64,000 nt of DNA, from the NCBI GenBank assembly GCA_965242865.1, contig CBDETK010000013.1, forward strand, positions 1,344,001 to 1,408,000, in the 5' to 3' direction. This DNA comes from Candidatus Latescibacterota bacterium (GTDB lineage: Bacteria > Latescibacterota > UBA2968 > UBA8231). Positions 38,941 to 47,338 of the stretch are shown here, one piece after another. Below the pieces are notes generated by a model that did not search any database, was not told the origin of the DNA, and saw nothing but the letters and a program-made list of their open reading frames with translations. The number at the start of each line of letters is the position of its first letter. Within the stretch, counting starts at the first letter, position 1. The position numbers were made by a program, and so were the translations under genes.

Positions 38941-40755
38941 ATGCCCACGCCTCCCACCTGCCCAGCCACCGTTGCTTCCCAACCACAACGCCGCCCTTGG
39001 TTCGGGCCGGCCCTCCTGTTGGTGGGGCTCACCGCCGGAGCCTATATACCGGCCATGAGCGGCGGGTTTGTCTGGGATGACGACGACTACGTGCAGGACA
39101 ACCTCACCCTGCGCTCGCTGGCCGGGCTGGGGCAGATTTGGTTCCAGCCGGGGGCCACGCGCCAATACTACCCACTGGTCTATACGACCTATTGGCTCGA
39201 ATACCGGCTGTGGGGATTGGACCCGGCCGGCTACCACGTGGTCAATGTGCTCCTGCACGCCTTCAGCACCGTTTTGGTCTGGCGGCTCTTAACCCGCCTA
39301 AAAGTCCCCGGTGCTTGGGCCGCGGCCGCCTTGTTTGCCCTGCACCCCGTACACGTCGAATCCGTGGCTTGGATTACCGAGCGCAAAAACACCTTGTCCG
39401 GCGCGTTCTACCTGAGTGCGGCTTGGGCCTTTCTGCGCTACGAAGAAGTGCGCCGGCCGCGCTGGTACGGGGCCGCTTTATTTCTTTTTGCCGCGGCCCT
39501 GCTCAGCAAGACCGTCACCTGCACCCTGCCGGCTGCCTTGGTGCTGGTGCTGTGGTGGCAGGGCCAAACGACAATAAAGCGCACGGCTGTAGCGCTCGGG
39601 CCTTTTTTTGTGCTCGGGATCGCCATGGGCGGGGTGACGGTGTGGATGGAGCGGCACAGCGTCGGCGCTTGGGGGCCAGCGTGGGACTTGTCGCTGGTGG
39701 AGCGCGGCCTGATCGCCGGGCGGGCGTTGTGGTTTTACGCGGCCAAACTCCTCGTGCCGCTCGAGCTCGCGTTTATCTACCCCCGCTGGAAAATCGACGC
39801 GACCGCGGCTTGGCAATATCTCTATCCGGCCGGGGCCTTGGGCGTCGGGGGGCTGCTGTGGGCCTTGCGGGCGCGTTGGGGGCGCGGGGTGCTGACCGGC
39901 GCGTTGTTTTTTGCCGGCACCCTAACGCCAGCACTCGGCTTTTTCAACTTCTACCCCATGCTCTACTCCTTTGTCGCCGACCACTTCCAATACTTGGCCA
40001 GTCTGGGGCTTTTGACACTAGCCGCGGCCGGGGGGCACCGCACGTGGACGCGGTGGGGGCGGCCAGCGGCCGGGCCGGTCGCGCTGGCGTTGGTTTTGGC
40101 CCTCTACAGCCTGCTCACTTGGCGGCAAGGCGAGGTTTATGCCGATCTGGAGACCTTGTGGCGCGATACGCTCGCAAAAAATGCCGGCGCTTGGATCGCC
40201 CACAACAATCTGGCCAATATCCTCAAAGAGCGCGGTCAGCTCGACGCAGCCATCGGCCACTACCGGCAAGCCCTCCTGCTAAAGCCCGGCAGCAGCCAAA
40301 TTCACCTCAACCTCGCCGACGCGCACCAAGCCCGGGGCGAGGGCGCGGCCGCCCTGCGCCACTATCGCCGCGCCTTAAACGCCGAGCCGAACCGCGTTGA
40401 AATCCACCTCAAGCTGGGCAACGCCCTCCTCGGCCAACGCGCAGTTGCCGCGGCCATTGAGCACTATCGACGCGCCCTCCAACTGGCCCCGAACCTCGCC
40501 TTGGTCCACAGCAATCTGGGCGCGGCCTTGGCGCTTCAACGACGGGACGCCGCGGCCATTGAGCACTATCGACGCGCCCTCCAGCTCAAACCCGACTTTG
40601 CCGAGGCCCACAACAATTTGGGGCGGCTGTTAGCCCTTCGGGGGCAGCTCGCCGCAGCCATTGAACACTACCGCCGCGCCCTCCAACTCAAACCCACCTA
40701 CCGCCAAGCCCAAGCCAATCTCGCCAGCGCACTGCAAGCGGTGGGGCGACCTTAA
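38941..40755 (+). CDS. TMTC-like GT-C O-glycosyltransferase with TPRs
   Basis: GFVWDDDDYV, YYPL, GYHVVNVLLH, LFALHPVHVESVAWITERKN, LLSK, VADHFQYL, then TPR array. Confidence 0.85.
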   Translation: MPTPPTCPATVASQPQRRPWFGPALLLVGLTAGAYIPAMSGGFVWDDDDYVQDNLTLRSLAGLGQIWFQPGATRQYYPLVYTTYWLEYRLWGLDPAGYHVVNVLLHAFSTVLVWRLLTRLKVPGAWAAAALFALHPVHVESVAWITERKNTLSGAFYLSAAWAFLRYEEVRRPRWYGAALFLFAAALLSKTVTCTLPAALVLVLWWQGQTTIKRTAVALGPFFVLGIAMGGVTVWMERHSVGAWGPAWDLSLVERGLIAGRALWFYAAKLLVPLELAFIYPRWKIDATAAWQYLYPAGALGVGGLLWALRARWGRGVLTGALFFAGTLTPALGFFNFYPMLYSFVADHFQYLASLGLLTLAAAGGHRTWTRWGRPAAGPVALALVLALYSLLTWRQGEVYADLETLWRDTLAKNAGAWIAHNNLANILKERGQLDAAIGHYRQALLLKPGSSQIHLNLADAHQARGEGAAALRHYRRALNAEPNRVEIHLKLGNALLGQRAVAAAIEHYRRALQLAPNLALVHSNLGAALALQRRDAAAIEHYRRALQLKPDFAEAHNNLGRLLALRGQLAAAIEHYRRALQLKPTYRQAQANLASALQAVGRP

Positions 40756-40866
40756 AGCACCGCAACTTTTACGCGCTAACGCCGGCCCGGCATTTGGCCT
40801 CTAGTGCGAGAATTCGTAGCCTATCCGCAGCCCATCGCCCCGCATCCTCTCCACGGCAACCAGCCC

Positions 40867-42807
40867 ATGGCGCATCCGCAACCTTCCCTTGCTCCCCACG
40901 TGACCGGGCGCGGCATCCTCATCGGCTGCGTCCTGTGCGCCGTTATTGCCATTGGCGCGCCCTACGGGCGTCAGCTCATTCAAGGCACTTCGCTGGCCCT
41001 GACTTCGGCGACGCCGAGCGCGTTTTTCCTGTTTTTCGTCCTGCTGCTGACCCTACAGCTGGTCTTGGGCTGGTGCCGCCGCGACTGGGCCCTCCAGCGG
41101 GGCGAGCTGATCACCATTTTCACCATGATGATGGTGGCTTCGGCCATTCCCACCAAAGGCGTCAATGGCCTGCTCATGCCCATGATTACGGGCACCTTCT
41201 ACTACGCCACCCCAGAAAACGATTGGGTCAACCAAATCCATCCGTGGCTGCCGCGCTGGATCTTGGTAGCCAACCCAGAAGCGGTTAAGGCATTTTACGA
41301 AGGGGCCGGCCGCGGCCGCGGGATTCCTTGGGCGCATTGGTTGCCGCCGTTGGGGGCGTGGCTGTTGCTCTACTGCTCCTTGTATCTCGCCGCGACCTGC
41401 CTCAGCGTCATTTTGCGCCGCCAGTGGGTCGAGCACGAGCGCCTGATCTACCCGCTCATGCAGGTGCCGCTGGCCATGATGGCCGACGACCCGCAGGGCC
41501 GGCTGGTAAAGCCCTTTTTCCGCAACGGGACCATGTGGATCGGCTTTGCCATCCCCGTGGTTTTTATGAGCTTTTTCGCGCTGCACAACTACTTTCCCTA
41601 CTTCCCCCAAGTCGTCCTCAACACCTCCATCGACGTGTTTCGCCAGACCATTTTCCTGACCTTTGGGCTCAATTTTCTCATGCTGGGGTTTGGTTATTTC
41701 ATCAATACCCAAATCGGCTTCAGCTTGTGGTTTTTTTATTTACTGCACCAACTACAGGAGGGGCTGCTGTTTTACTACGGCTTGCAAGATGTACAAGCCG
41801 AACTGGGCTGGTGGACCGAGCCGGGCATGGGCCACCAGATGATGGGGGCCCTCATCGTCTTGGTCCTGTCGGGGCTGTGGATCGGTCGGCCCCATTTCAA
41901 ACGGGTCCTACTCAAGGCTTGGCGGCGAGACGCCCCGGTCGAAGATGGCGACGAGATCATGTCCTATCGGGCTGCGGTTTGCGGCGCCGCGGGGGGCGTG
42001 GCCGGCCTTTGGCTCTGGCTCTGGCAGACCGGCATTCCCGCTTGGATCGTCCCGGTGTTCCTCTTTGCTGGATTGGTAATTTTCATCGGCCTCGCCCGGG
42101 TCATTTCCGAGACCGGGCTGCCCATCTTTAAGGCCAATATGATCCCGGCGGGCTTTGCCGTGTCTAGCGTCGGCGTGTCGGCTTTGGGCGCAAAGGGCAT
42201 GGTCGCCACCGGCTACACTATGGTATGGTGCGGCGACCTGTTGGTTTTTATGATGGCCCCCTTGGCCCACGGCCTGCGCCTCGGCAGCGAGTTAAAAAGC
42301 GGCCAACGCCGCCTGACGTGGGCCGTGGGCTTGGCCATGATCATCGCCTTAGTCCTGTCGGCGTGGTTCACCCTGTACCTCGCCTACCGCTACGGCTCGA
42401 TGAATCTGCTCATTTCCCAGCACTACGCGGCCGAGCCGTCCCGCTTTGCCCTCGAAAAAATCATCAATCCCACCGGCCCCAGCCTGAGCGGATACTCGTG
42501 GATGGCCGGGGGCGGCCTGATTATGGGGCTGCTGCTTTGGGCGCGGCATCAGTTTTTGTGGTGGCCGTTCCATCCCCTCGGCTTCTTGGTGAGCCATGGC
42601 CGGGTCATGGACGGAATTTGGTTCACGCTTTTTTTAGCTTGGCTCCTCAAGAGTTTGGTGCTCAAGTACGGAGGCGTGCGCTTGTACCGCCAAACCCTGC
42701 CGTTTTTCTTGGGCCTTGCGCTGGGGCACATAGCCATCGGCGGCATCTGGCTGATCATCGACGGCTTTACCGGCATGGTCGGCAACCGCATCCCCCTCTA
42801 CTATTAG
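40867..42807 (+). CDS. DUF6785/DUF6784 membrane protein
   Basis: YYATPENDW, RRQWVEHERLIYPL, WWPFHPLGF, LKYGG...PFFLGL. Confidence 0.8.
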   Translation: MAHPQPSLAPHVTGRGILIGCVLCAVIAIGAPYGRQLIQGTSLALTSATPSAFFLFFVLLLTLQLVLGWCRRDWALQRGELITIFTMMMVASAIPTKGVNGLLMPMITGTFYYATPENDWVNQIHPWLPRWILVANPEAVKAFYEGAGRGRGIPWAHWLPPLGAWLLLYCSLYLAATCLSVILRRQWVEHERLIYPLMQVPLAMMADDPQGRLVKPFFRNGTMWIGFAIPVVFMSFFALHNYFPYFPQVVLNTSIDVFRQTIFLTFGLNFLMLGFGYFINTQIGFSLWFFYLLHQLQEGLLFYYGLQDVQAELGWWTEPGMGHQMMGALIVLVLSGLWIGRPHFKRVLLKAWRRDAPVEDGDEIMSYRAAVCGAAGGVAGLWLWLWQTGIPAWIVPVFLFAGLVIFIGLARVISETGLPIFKANMIPAGFAVSSVGVSALGAKGMVATGYTMVWCGDLLVFMMAPLAHGLRLGSELKSGQRRLTWAVGLAMIIALVLSAWFTLYLAYRYGSMNLLISQHYAAEPSRFALEKIINPTGPSLSGYSWMAGGGLIMGLLLWARHQFLWWPFHPLGFLVSHGRVMDGIWFTLFLAWLLKSLVLKYGGVRLYRQTLPFFLGLALGHIAIGGIWLIIDGFTGMVGNRIPLYY

Positions 42808-42851
42808 CGGAACCCCAGCCACTTCCCTACCCATAACCCAAGGCATGGCGC

Positions 42852-43868
42852 ATGGCCGAAATCGACATCGTTTCCAAGCACCTGATCCAAACCTACCCGG
42901 CCGACTTCGCCCGCTTTGCCCTCCGGCGCGACGACATCGAAAAAGTCGAAGTGATAGAGAGCGAGCAGTTCACCGTCAAAGCCCGCCGCACCGACAGCCT
43001 CCTCCGCGTGCGCATCGCCAGCAAGGACGCCTTAGTCCACCACGAGTTTCAAACCACCGACCACCCGGCCATGCCCCGCCGCATGGCCGGCTACATCGGC
43101 CGCATTATCGAGCACTACGGCCTGCCGGTGTACGCCCACGTCTTCTACCTGCGCCCGGCTGCCGGGCGCCGCGACCCGGGATACTACATTCAAGAGCATC
43201 CCGACTATCCGGTCGTGATCCGCTATAAGGTGATCCGCCTGAGCCAACTCGCCGGTCAAGCTGTGCTCGACCGCACGTTTGTGGGCTTGCTGCCGTTTGC
43301 CCCGTTGATGCAGCCGCCAGCCGGTCAGACTGAGGCGGCGTGGTTAGAGCAGTGTGTGACCCGGGCGGCAGCCCTACCGCTGGATCAGTCAAGCAAGGCC
43401 GATTTTCTCGCGGGACTGGCGATCTTGAGCGGGTTGGTGTATAATCCGCAGACGATCATGGCCGCTGTTTCCAAGGAGCATCTCATGGACCTCATCCGCG
43501 AATCCTCGTTTGCCCAGTATCTCGCCGAAAACGCCCGCGAGGAAGGTATGAAGCAAGGCATTGAGCAAGGCATTGAGCAAGGCATTGAGCAAGGCATTGA
43601 GCAAGGCATTGAGCAAGGCATTGAGCAAGGCATTGAGCAAGGCATTGAGCAAGGCATTGAGCAAGGCATTGAGCAAGGAGGCCGAGAACGCGCTACTGAA
43701 GACCTGCTCGACGTGCTGGCGATTCGCTTTGCGCTGGCCGCGTCGGATCCGTTGGCCGCCCGCCTTGGCGCCATCGACGATGTGCAGCGCCTCAAGCGGT
43801 TGTTTCGGGCGGCCATACAGGTGCCCAGCCTCGAAGCCTTTAGGCTCCTGTTAGACGCCGACGAGTAG
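42852..43868 (+). CDS. Rpn/YhgA-like PD-(D/E)XK nuclease (putative transposase family)
   Basis: RRTDSLL...VHHEFQT...MPRRMAGY, GLLPFAPLM, (GIEQ)n coiled tail, LAIRF...DVQRLKRL. Confidence 0.8.
   Translation: MAEIDIVSKHLIQTYPADFARFALRRDDIEKVEVIESEQFTVKARRTDSLLRVRIASKDALVHHEFQTTDHPAMPRRMAGYIGRIIEHYGLPVYAHVFYLRPAAGRRDPGYYIQEHPDYPVVIRYKVIRLSQLAGQAVLDRTFVGLLPFAPLMQPPAGQTEAAWLEQCVTRAAALPLDQSSKADFLAGLAILSGLVYNPQTIMAAVSKEHLMDLIRESSFAQYLAENAREEGMKQGIEQGIEQGIEQGIEQGIEQGIEQGIEQGIEQGIEQGIEQGGRERATEDLLDVLAIRFALAASDPLAARLGAIDDVQRLKRLFRAAIQVPSLEAFRLLLDADE
43485..43868 (+). CDS. Putative internally translated small Rpn C-terminal protein (antitoxin-like)
   Basis: AAGGAG at 43473 lies 6 nt before an in-frame ATG at 43485 (MDLIRESSF...). 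Confidence 0.55.
   Translation: MDLIRESSFAQYLAENAREEGMKQGIEQGIEQGIEQGIEQGIEQGIEQGIEQGIEQGIEQGIEQGGRERATEDLLDVLAIRFALAASDPLAARLGAIDDVQRLKRLFRAAIQVPSLEAFRLLLDADE
43557..43676 (+). repeat. Perfect tandem repeat (GGCATTGAGCAA)x10 encoding (GIEQ)10
   Basis: Ten identical 12-nt units read directly from the sequence. Confidence 0.97.
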
Positions 43869-43878
43869 ATCAAATTTC

Positions 43879-44037
43879 AAGGTAGCCCCTCCTTAGTACG
43901 CGCCCCTTCCGTTGAGTACGCCTTTTCTGGTGTTGCCGTTGCGTCCGGGATCGAGGGCGTCCCCGCCCTCGACGAGGGCAAGATGCCCTCGATCCTTAGG
44001 TAGGCGGGCCGCTGGCGTCGTGTAGTAAGGTAGCCCC
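43879..44037 (+). repeat. REP/MITE-like element, copy 3 (longest)
   Basis: Double palindrome GGATCGAGGGC-GTCCCC-GCCCTCGA-CGAGGGC-AAGAT-GCCCTCGATCC, bounded by direct repeat AAGGTAGCCCC. Confidence 0.75.
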
Positions 44038-44051
44038 CGCCCACTTTTTGC

Positions 44052-44080
44052 TTGAGATTGCGGCGTATTCGCCGTATCCT
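44052..44080 (+). promoter_or_regulatory. Putative sigma70 promoter
   Basis: TTGAGA-N17-TATCCT, 65 nt upstream of ATG 44146. Confidence 0.45.
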
Positions 44081-44145
44081 ATACGGAAATTAGCAGGCAC
44101 GAGGCACTTTCTCGTTTCATCTAACTCCTCCAAAGGAGGTGGGTT

Positions 44146-45072
44146 ATGCAGCGCATTGCCATTCTCTTTGCAGTCCTCGCCCTAGTGGCCCTGCCTAATG
44201 TGGGCCACGCACACTGGGACGCCGGCACGGTGTGGTTCGTCGTCCAGTTTCCCGATGGAGCTACCCCCACCATCGACGGCAATCACGGCGACTGGGACGG
44301 GGTGCCAGCCTCTTATGGCATCGACAACTCGGTCTTCAACGATGCCCGCGGCCTAGTGCCCGAAGGCTGGAGCAACGCCGATTGGGACGTCACCGACTTC
44401 AGCATGTTGCATCGGGTCGGCTGGAACGACACGGAAAACAAGATTTACATGGCCACCCAAACCTTCGACGACGAACACAACATGGACCGCACCAGCCACT
44501 GGAGCGAGGACGATTCGTGGGAGGTGTCGTTTACCTACAACCACGACGCCTATGCCGACGATGGCGGCTATGTTGACATCAACGACGAAAACATCGGCAT
44601 CAATTCCCGCTACAACTTCGCGGTCCCCGTCCATCCGACCCTCGGCGACTGGTTCTGGCTGCGGCCGGGCGATTTGACCGGCACCGAGTGGATCTGGCCC
44701 GGCACGGACTGGCTCGAATTCAACTACACTTGGGATGGCGACGAATTCGGCGAGAGCACCTACTACTACGAAATGGGCCTCACGCCCATAGGCTCGTACC
44801 CCGTAGGGCTAGAGGGCGGATACCAGCCCGAGGATGTGGAGGTCTGGGATCTGGAGGAAGGTCAGATCATCCACATTTCCATCGTCCAAATCGACAACGA
44901 TGGCGACTTCAACAACTATCGCACCCCGGGTTGCTGCGGCTATTGGAGCACGCTTGACAATTGCTGCGCGTCGGTCAACGACTGGGTGCTGGCCGAGCCG
45001 GATCCGGCCTTTGTCGCCTCTACCTCGGTCGAGGAAGACAGCTGGGCCCGCATCAAGGCCCGCTTTCAGTAA
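44146..45072 (+). CDS. Secreted CBM9/DOMON-like acidic protein with C-terminal SWARIK motif
   Basis: Signal peptide ending GHA-H, PTIDGNHGDW, YYEMGLTP, tail TSVEEDSWARIK. AAGGAGGT RBS. Confidence 0.75.
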   Translation: MQRIAILFAVLALVALPNVGHAHWDAGTVWFVVQFPDGATPTIDGNHGDWDGVPASYGIDNSVFNDARGLVPEGWSNADWDVTDFSMLHRVGWNDTENKIYMATQTFDDEHNMDRTSHWSEDDSWEVSFTYNHDAYADDGGYVDINDENIGINSRYNFAVPVHPTLGDWFWLRPGDLTGTEWIWPGTDWLEFNYTWDGDEFGESTYYYEMGLTPIGSYPVGLEGGYQPEDVEVWDLEEGQIIHISIVQIDNDGDFNNYRTPGCCGYWSTLDNCCASVNDWVLAEPDPAFVASTSVEEDSWARIKARFQ

Positions 45073-45106
45073 GTCGCTTCGCCGCTGGATAGGGGGCAAC
45101 GCTCAG

Positions 45107-45142
45107 AAGCCCGTGTTCCACGCTGGAACGCGGGCTTTTTTT
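45107..45142 (+). terminator. Intrinsic terminator
   Basis: AAGCCCGTGTTCCA-CGC-TGGAACGCGGGCTT followed by a T tract. Confidence 0.85.
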
Positions 45143-45165
45143 CGTTGTTCGCCAAAGGGGACCGC

Positions 45166-47328
45166 ATGAGAAACCACCGGGTGTTGTGGCTGGTCGTTGC
45201 GTTGGCCAGGCCGGCCTTGGGCGATTGGGCCGAGTTCGCGCTGGGCGGCGCCGACGGCAACCCGTGGGCTATTCCCCTCGCGCTCGCCAGCGAAGAAGGA
45301 GGCTTCTACACCGTGTACGGCACCGACGGTCAAGTCGTGCGCACCGAGCCGGTGGGAACGTCGCCCGAATGGGTCGGGGCCGATACCCTGATCGACTACG
45401 CCGACGGGGCCATGACGCCGGCTTGGGTGGACCCCCACTTGAACCTGACCCACATCGTCCGTTGGGACCAAAACGGCCAGAGCCAAGAGCCTTTTCACGA
45501 CCTAGGCGGCAATATCCGCGTCACCCAGGGCGAAAACTCGGCTTTCATGGGCATGACCCTGCCCAGCACCCTGCTGGCCTACGATGGCGACCGCACCTCG
45601 GCCATGTTTCGCATCTTCGTGCAGCGCGAGGGAGCACCCCCGGGGGTGGGACGCGGCTTCCGCAACAATACCATCACCAATTTCGGCGCTGAAATGCCCA
45701 TCAACCGCATCCGCTTCTATCCCCGGCTCAGCAAGACCGAAGACGCCCATATCATCGCGGCTATGGCCGCACCCAAACCCGACCCAGATGCGTTTGGCGA
45801 GGAGAGTTTTGCCGCCAACTTTCTCGAGTGGTACGAGATTGGCGTCGCCGACAGCAGCGTCCCCATCGCCGACGATGCGTTCGCGATTCCCAAAGGGCGG
45901 CGCTGGCACAAAATCCTCGCCTCGGCCGGCCTCGGCGGCTACCGGGTGAGCAACGATCCCGCCTACACCATTCTGCGCAGCGTCCGCGAAAACCTCGACG
46001 TAGTGGTTGACTTTCGCTTTCCCCTGCACCACGTCCGCTGGGTGGCCATCCGCGCCCTAGACCCGGTGCGCGACTGGGAAATCGCCGAGGTAGAAATCTA
46101 CGGACGCGGCTTTGTGCGCCAAGCCCGCTACCTAACCGACATCCTCGACTTTGGCCAGCCCATCAACTGGGGCAAAATTCGCTGGAGCGGCCAGCGTCCT
46201 CCCGGCACCCACGTTGAAATTCGCACCCGCACGGGGGCTGACCCCAATCCCCACATCTACTGGCAGCCCAACGCCATTACCGGCGAGGCCGAGGAAATTG
46301 GCTTTGCCGAGCACTTCGGCCTCCCCGTCCGCGAGCGCGAACCCCCGCTCTACGACCGCGACCACTGGAGCTTTTGGTCGCCTCCCTACGACTTTGCCGA
46401 CGGTTTGCGCGACCCGGCCCAGGAGGCGACCGCTTGGATCGACGGCACGGTCCTCCAGTCGCCCTCTCCGCGCCGCTACATGCAGTTGCAGATCACCTTG
46501 TTTGCCACCGAAACCGAGGCCCCCCGCCTCGACGCGCTCCAGTTTCAGTTGGCGCACTCCCTGTCGGCTTCCGCGCTGCTGGGCGAAATTTGGCCGGTTG
46601 AGGTCAAAGACGTCCGCTCCCAGCGTTTCACGTACGTGGTGCGCCCCGATTTCCAAGCCGGCGACACCGGCTTTGACCGCCTCGAAATCGGCACCCATAC
46701 CCAAGTTGACACCGTCTATCACGTCAAAATCGGCGGCGTGCCCGTCGATCTAGCGGCCTTTCCGCCGCAAGCGCGAGCCGACCGCCTCATCGTGGCGCTC
46801 GACCGCAAGCTGTCGAGCCCGGAAACCGACCGTTTCAAGCAGGTGGAGGTGGCCTTCAAAGTGCCGGTTTTGCGCTTTGGCACGGAGTTTTCCGGCTGGG
46901 TGTACAACAGCGACGATCCCGACCGCATCCGGCAACAAGTACAGCCGGGCAACGCCACCTTCCGCTACGCCGGCGACGGGCTGGCCGTGCGCACCCAAGT
47001 GGGAGGGCGGCTGTTGGCGGACGTGCGGGTGCAGCCCAACCCTTTTTCCCCCAACGGCGACCGGGTCAACGACGCCACGCGGCTGTCCTTTGACGTGCGC
47101 GAAGTGGTGGCGCGGCGGCCCCTGCAAGTGGCCCTGTACGACCTAGCGGGCCACCCCGTCCAGACCTTGGCCAGCACCCAGCTCAAAACCGGCATCGCAG
47201 AGTACGCTTGGGACGGACGCCGGGCCGACGGCCGGCTGGTGGCCCCAGGGACTTATATCTACCGCATTCGGCTCGACACCGATGAAGGCGCCGAAGAACG
47301 AGTCGGCACCATTGCGGTCGCCTATTAG
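45166..47328 (+). CDS. Secreted protein with FlgD/CHU_C-like C-terminal domain (type 2)
   Basis: YDGDRTS, ILDFG...WG, WSFWSPPY, PNPFSPNGDRVND, VAPGTY, ends VAY. Confidence 0.8.
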   Translation: MRNHRVLWLVVALARPALGDWAEFALGGADGNPWAIPLALASEEGGFYTVYGTDGQVVRTEPVGTSPEWVGADTLIDYADGAMTPAWVDPHLNLTHIVRWDQNGQSQEPFHDLGGNIRVTQGENSAFMGMTLPSTLLAYDGDRTSAMFRIFVQREGAPPGVGRGFRNNTITNFGAEMPINRIRFYPRLSKTEDAHIIAAMAAPKPDPDAFGEESFAANFLEWYEIGVADSSVPIADDAFAIPKGRRWHKILASAGLGGYRVSNDPAYTILRSVRENLDVVVDFRFPLHHVRWVAIRALDPVRDWEIAEVEIYGRGFVRQARYLTDILDFGQPINWGKIRWSGQRPPGTHVEIRTRTGADPNPHIYWQPNAITGEAEEIGFAEHFGLPVREREPPLYDRDHWSFWSPPYDFADGLRDPAQEATAWIDGTVLQSPSPRRYMQLQITLFATETEAPRLDALQFQLAHSLSASALLGEIWPVEVKDVRSQRFTYVVRPDFQAGDTGFDRLEIGTHTQVDTVYHVKIGGVPVDLAAFPPQARADRLIVALDRKLSSPETDRFKQVEVAFKVPVLRFGTEFSGWVYNSDDPDRIRQQVQPGNATFRYAGDGLAVRTQVGGRLLADVRVQPNPFSPNGDRVNDATRLSFDVREVVARRPLQVALYDLAGHPVQTLASTQLKTGIAEYAWDGRRADGRLVAPGTYIYRIRLDTDEGAEERVGTIAVAY

Positions 47329-47338
47329 GAGCCTGAGC

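Noticed and set aside
43557-43676. CRISPR array
   Set aside because: 12-nt units without spacers, in frame inside a CDS; no cas genes.
42852-43868. IS element
   Set aside because: No DDE or HUH motifs and no terminal inverted repeats; an Rpn-type nuclease fits better.
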